This document shows positions 63,955 through 64,000 of a stretch of 64,000 bases of DNA, piece after piece (within the stretch, counting starts at the first letter, position 1; every line of letters begins with the position of its first letter). The notes beneath the pieces are model-generated. The model did not search any database. It had not been told where the DNA came from and worked only from the letters and a program-made list of their open reading frames with translations. Both the position numbers and the translations under genes were made by a program. Origin of the DNA: Macrostomum lignano (taxonomy: Eukaryota); the NCBI GenBank assembly GCA_002269645.1, contig NIVC01001226.1, positions 87,835 to 151,834 on the forward strand, in the 5' to 3' direction.

Positions 63955-64000
63955 TGCGATTTCAGAGAGATCAATTGTTAGGTGTGCTCTGCACCGCATG

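Larger units (their letters stand above)
55930..64000 (+). repeat. Tandem array of ~1.87-kb units (periods 1868-1877), at least 4.3 copies, running off the window end
   Basis: Homology starts at CTGACAGTGGGG (55930, again at 57803). ORF-A ATGs at 56338, 58206, 60079, 61956, 63814. Confidence 0.97.

Noticed and set aside
55867-63999. Other ORFs in the 1.87-kb unit (MIDAGCIDK..., MFDCRII..., MKLTLVT..., MISKRPA..., MYRYRDS...)
   Set aside because: Antisense or alternative-frame shadows, or ORFs whose length and start vary between near-identical units; no paralogy or codon bias.

Overview
Eukaryotic (animal) genomic DNA. It has GC3-rich exons, GT-AG introns packed with minisatellites and AT-rich intergenic DNA, a style resembling a free-living flatworm such as Macrostomum (inference, unverified). 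Left to right: (1) a satellite-rich segment holding the first coding exon (TM1-TM3) of a minus-strand class A GPCR; (2) a young full-length Ty3/Gypsy (CsRN1-like) LTR retrotransposon, 9031-13748, with near-identical LTRs, a -1 frameshift signal and one nonsense codon in pol; (3) MITEs and a decayed intron-containing Mutator-like transposase; (4) a complete 12-exon SPT6 gene (22017-34748, 1693 aa) and a 4-exon BCAT gene (38439-41471, 413 aa), with almost every intron filled by its own tandem repeat; (5) small DNA-transposon relics, including a 40-bp TIR-only element with a perfect 8-bp TSD; (6) an intronless TMA7 CDS (53824-54018); (7) from ~55930 to past the window end, a tandem array of ~1.87-kb units. 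Each unit carries two paralogous micro-ORFs (46 and 40 aa, Lys/Ala/Gln-rich, no bulky hydrophobic residues), each behind a conserved splice-acceptor-like site. This microprotein array is the best candidate for an undescribed system. All coordinates and alignments were read by eye, and no database searches were run.
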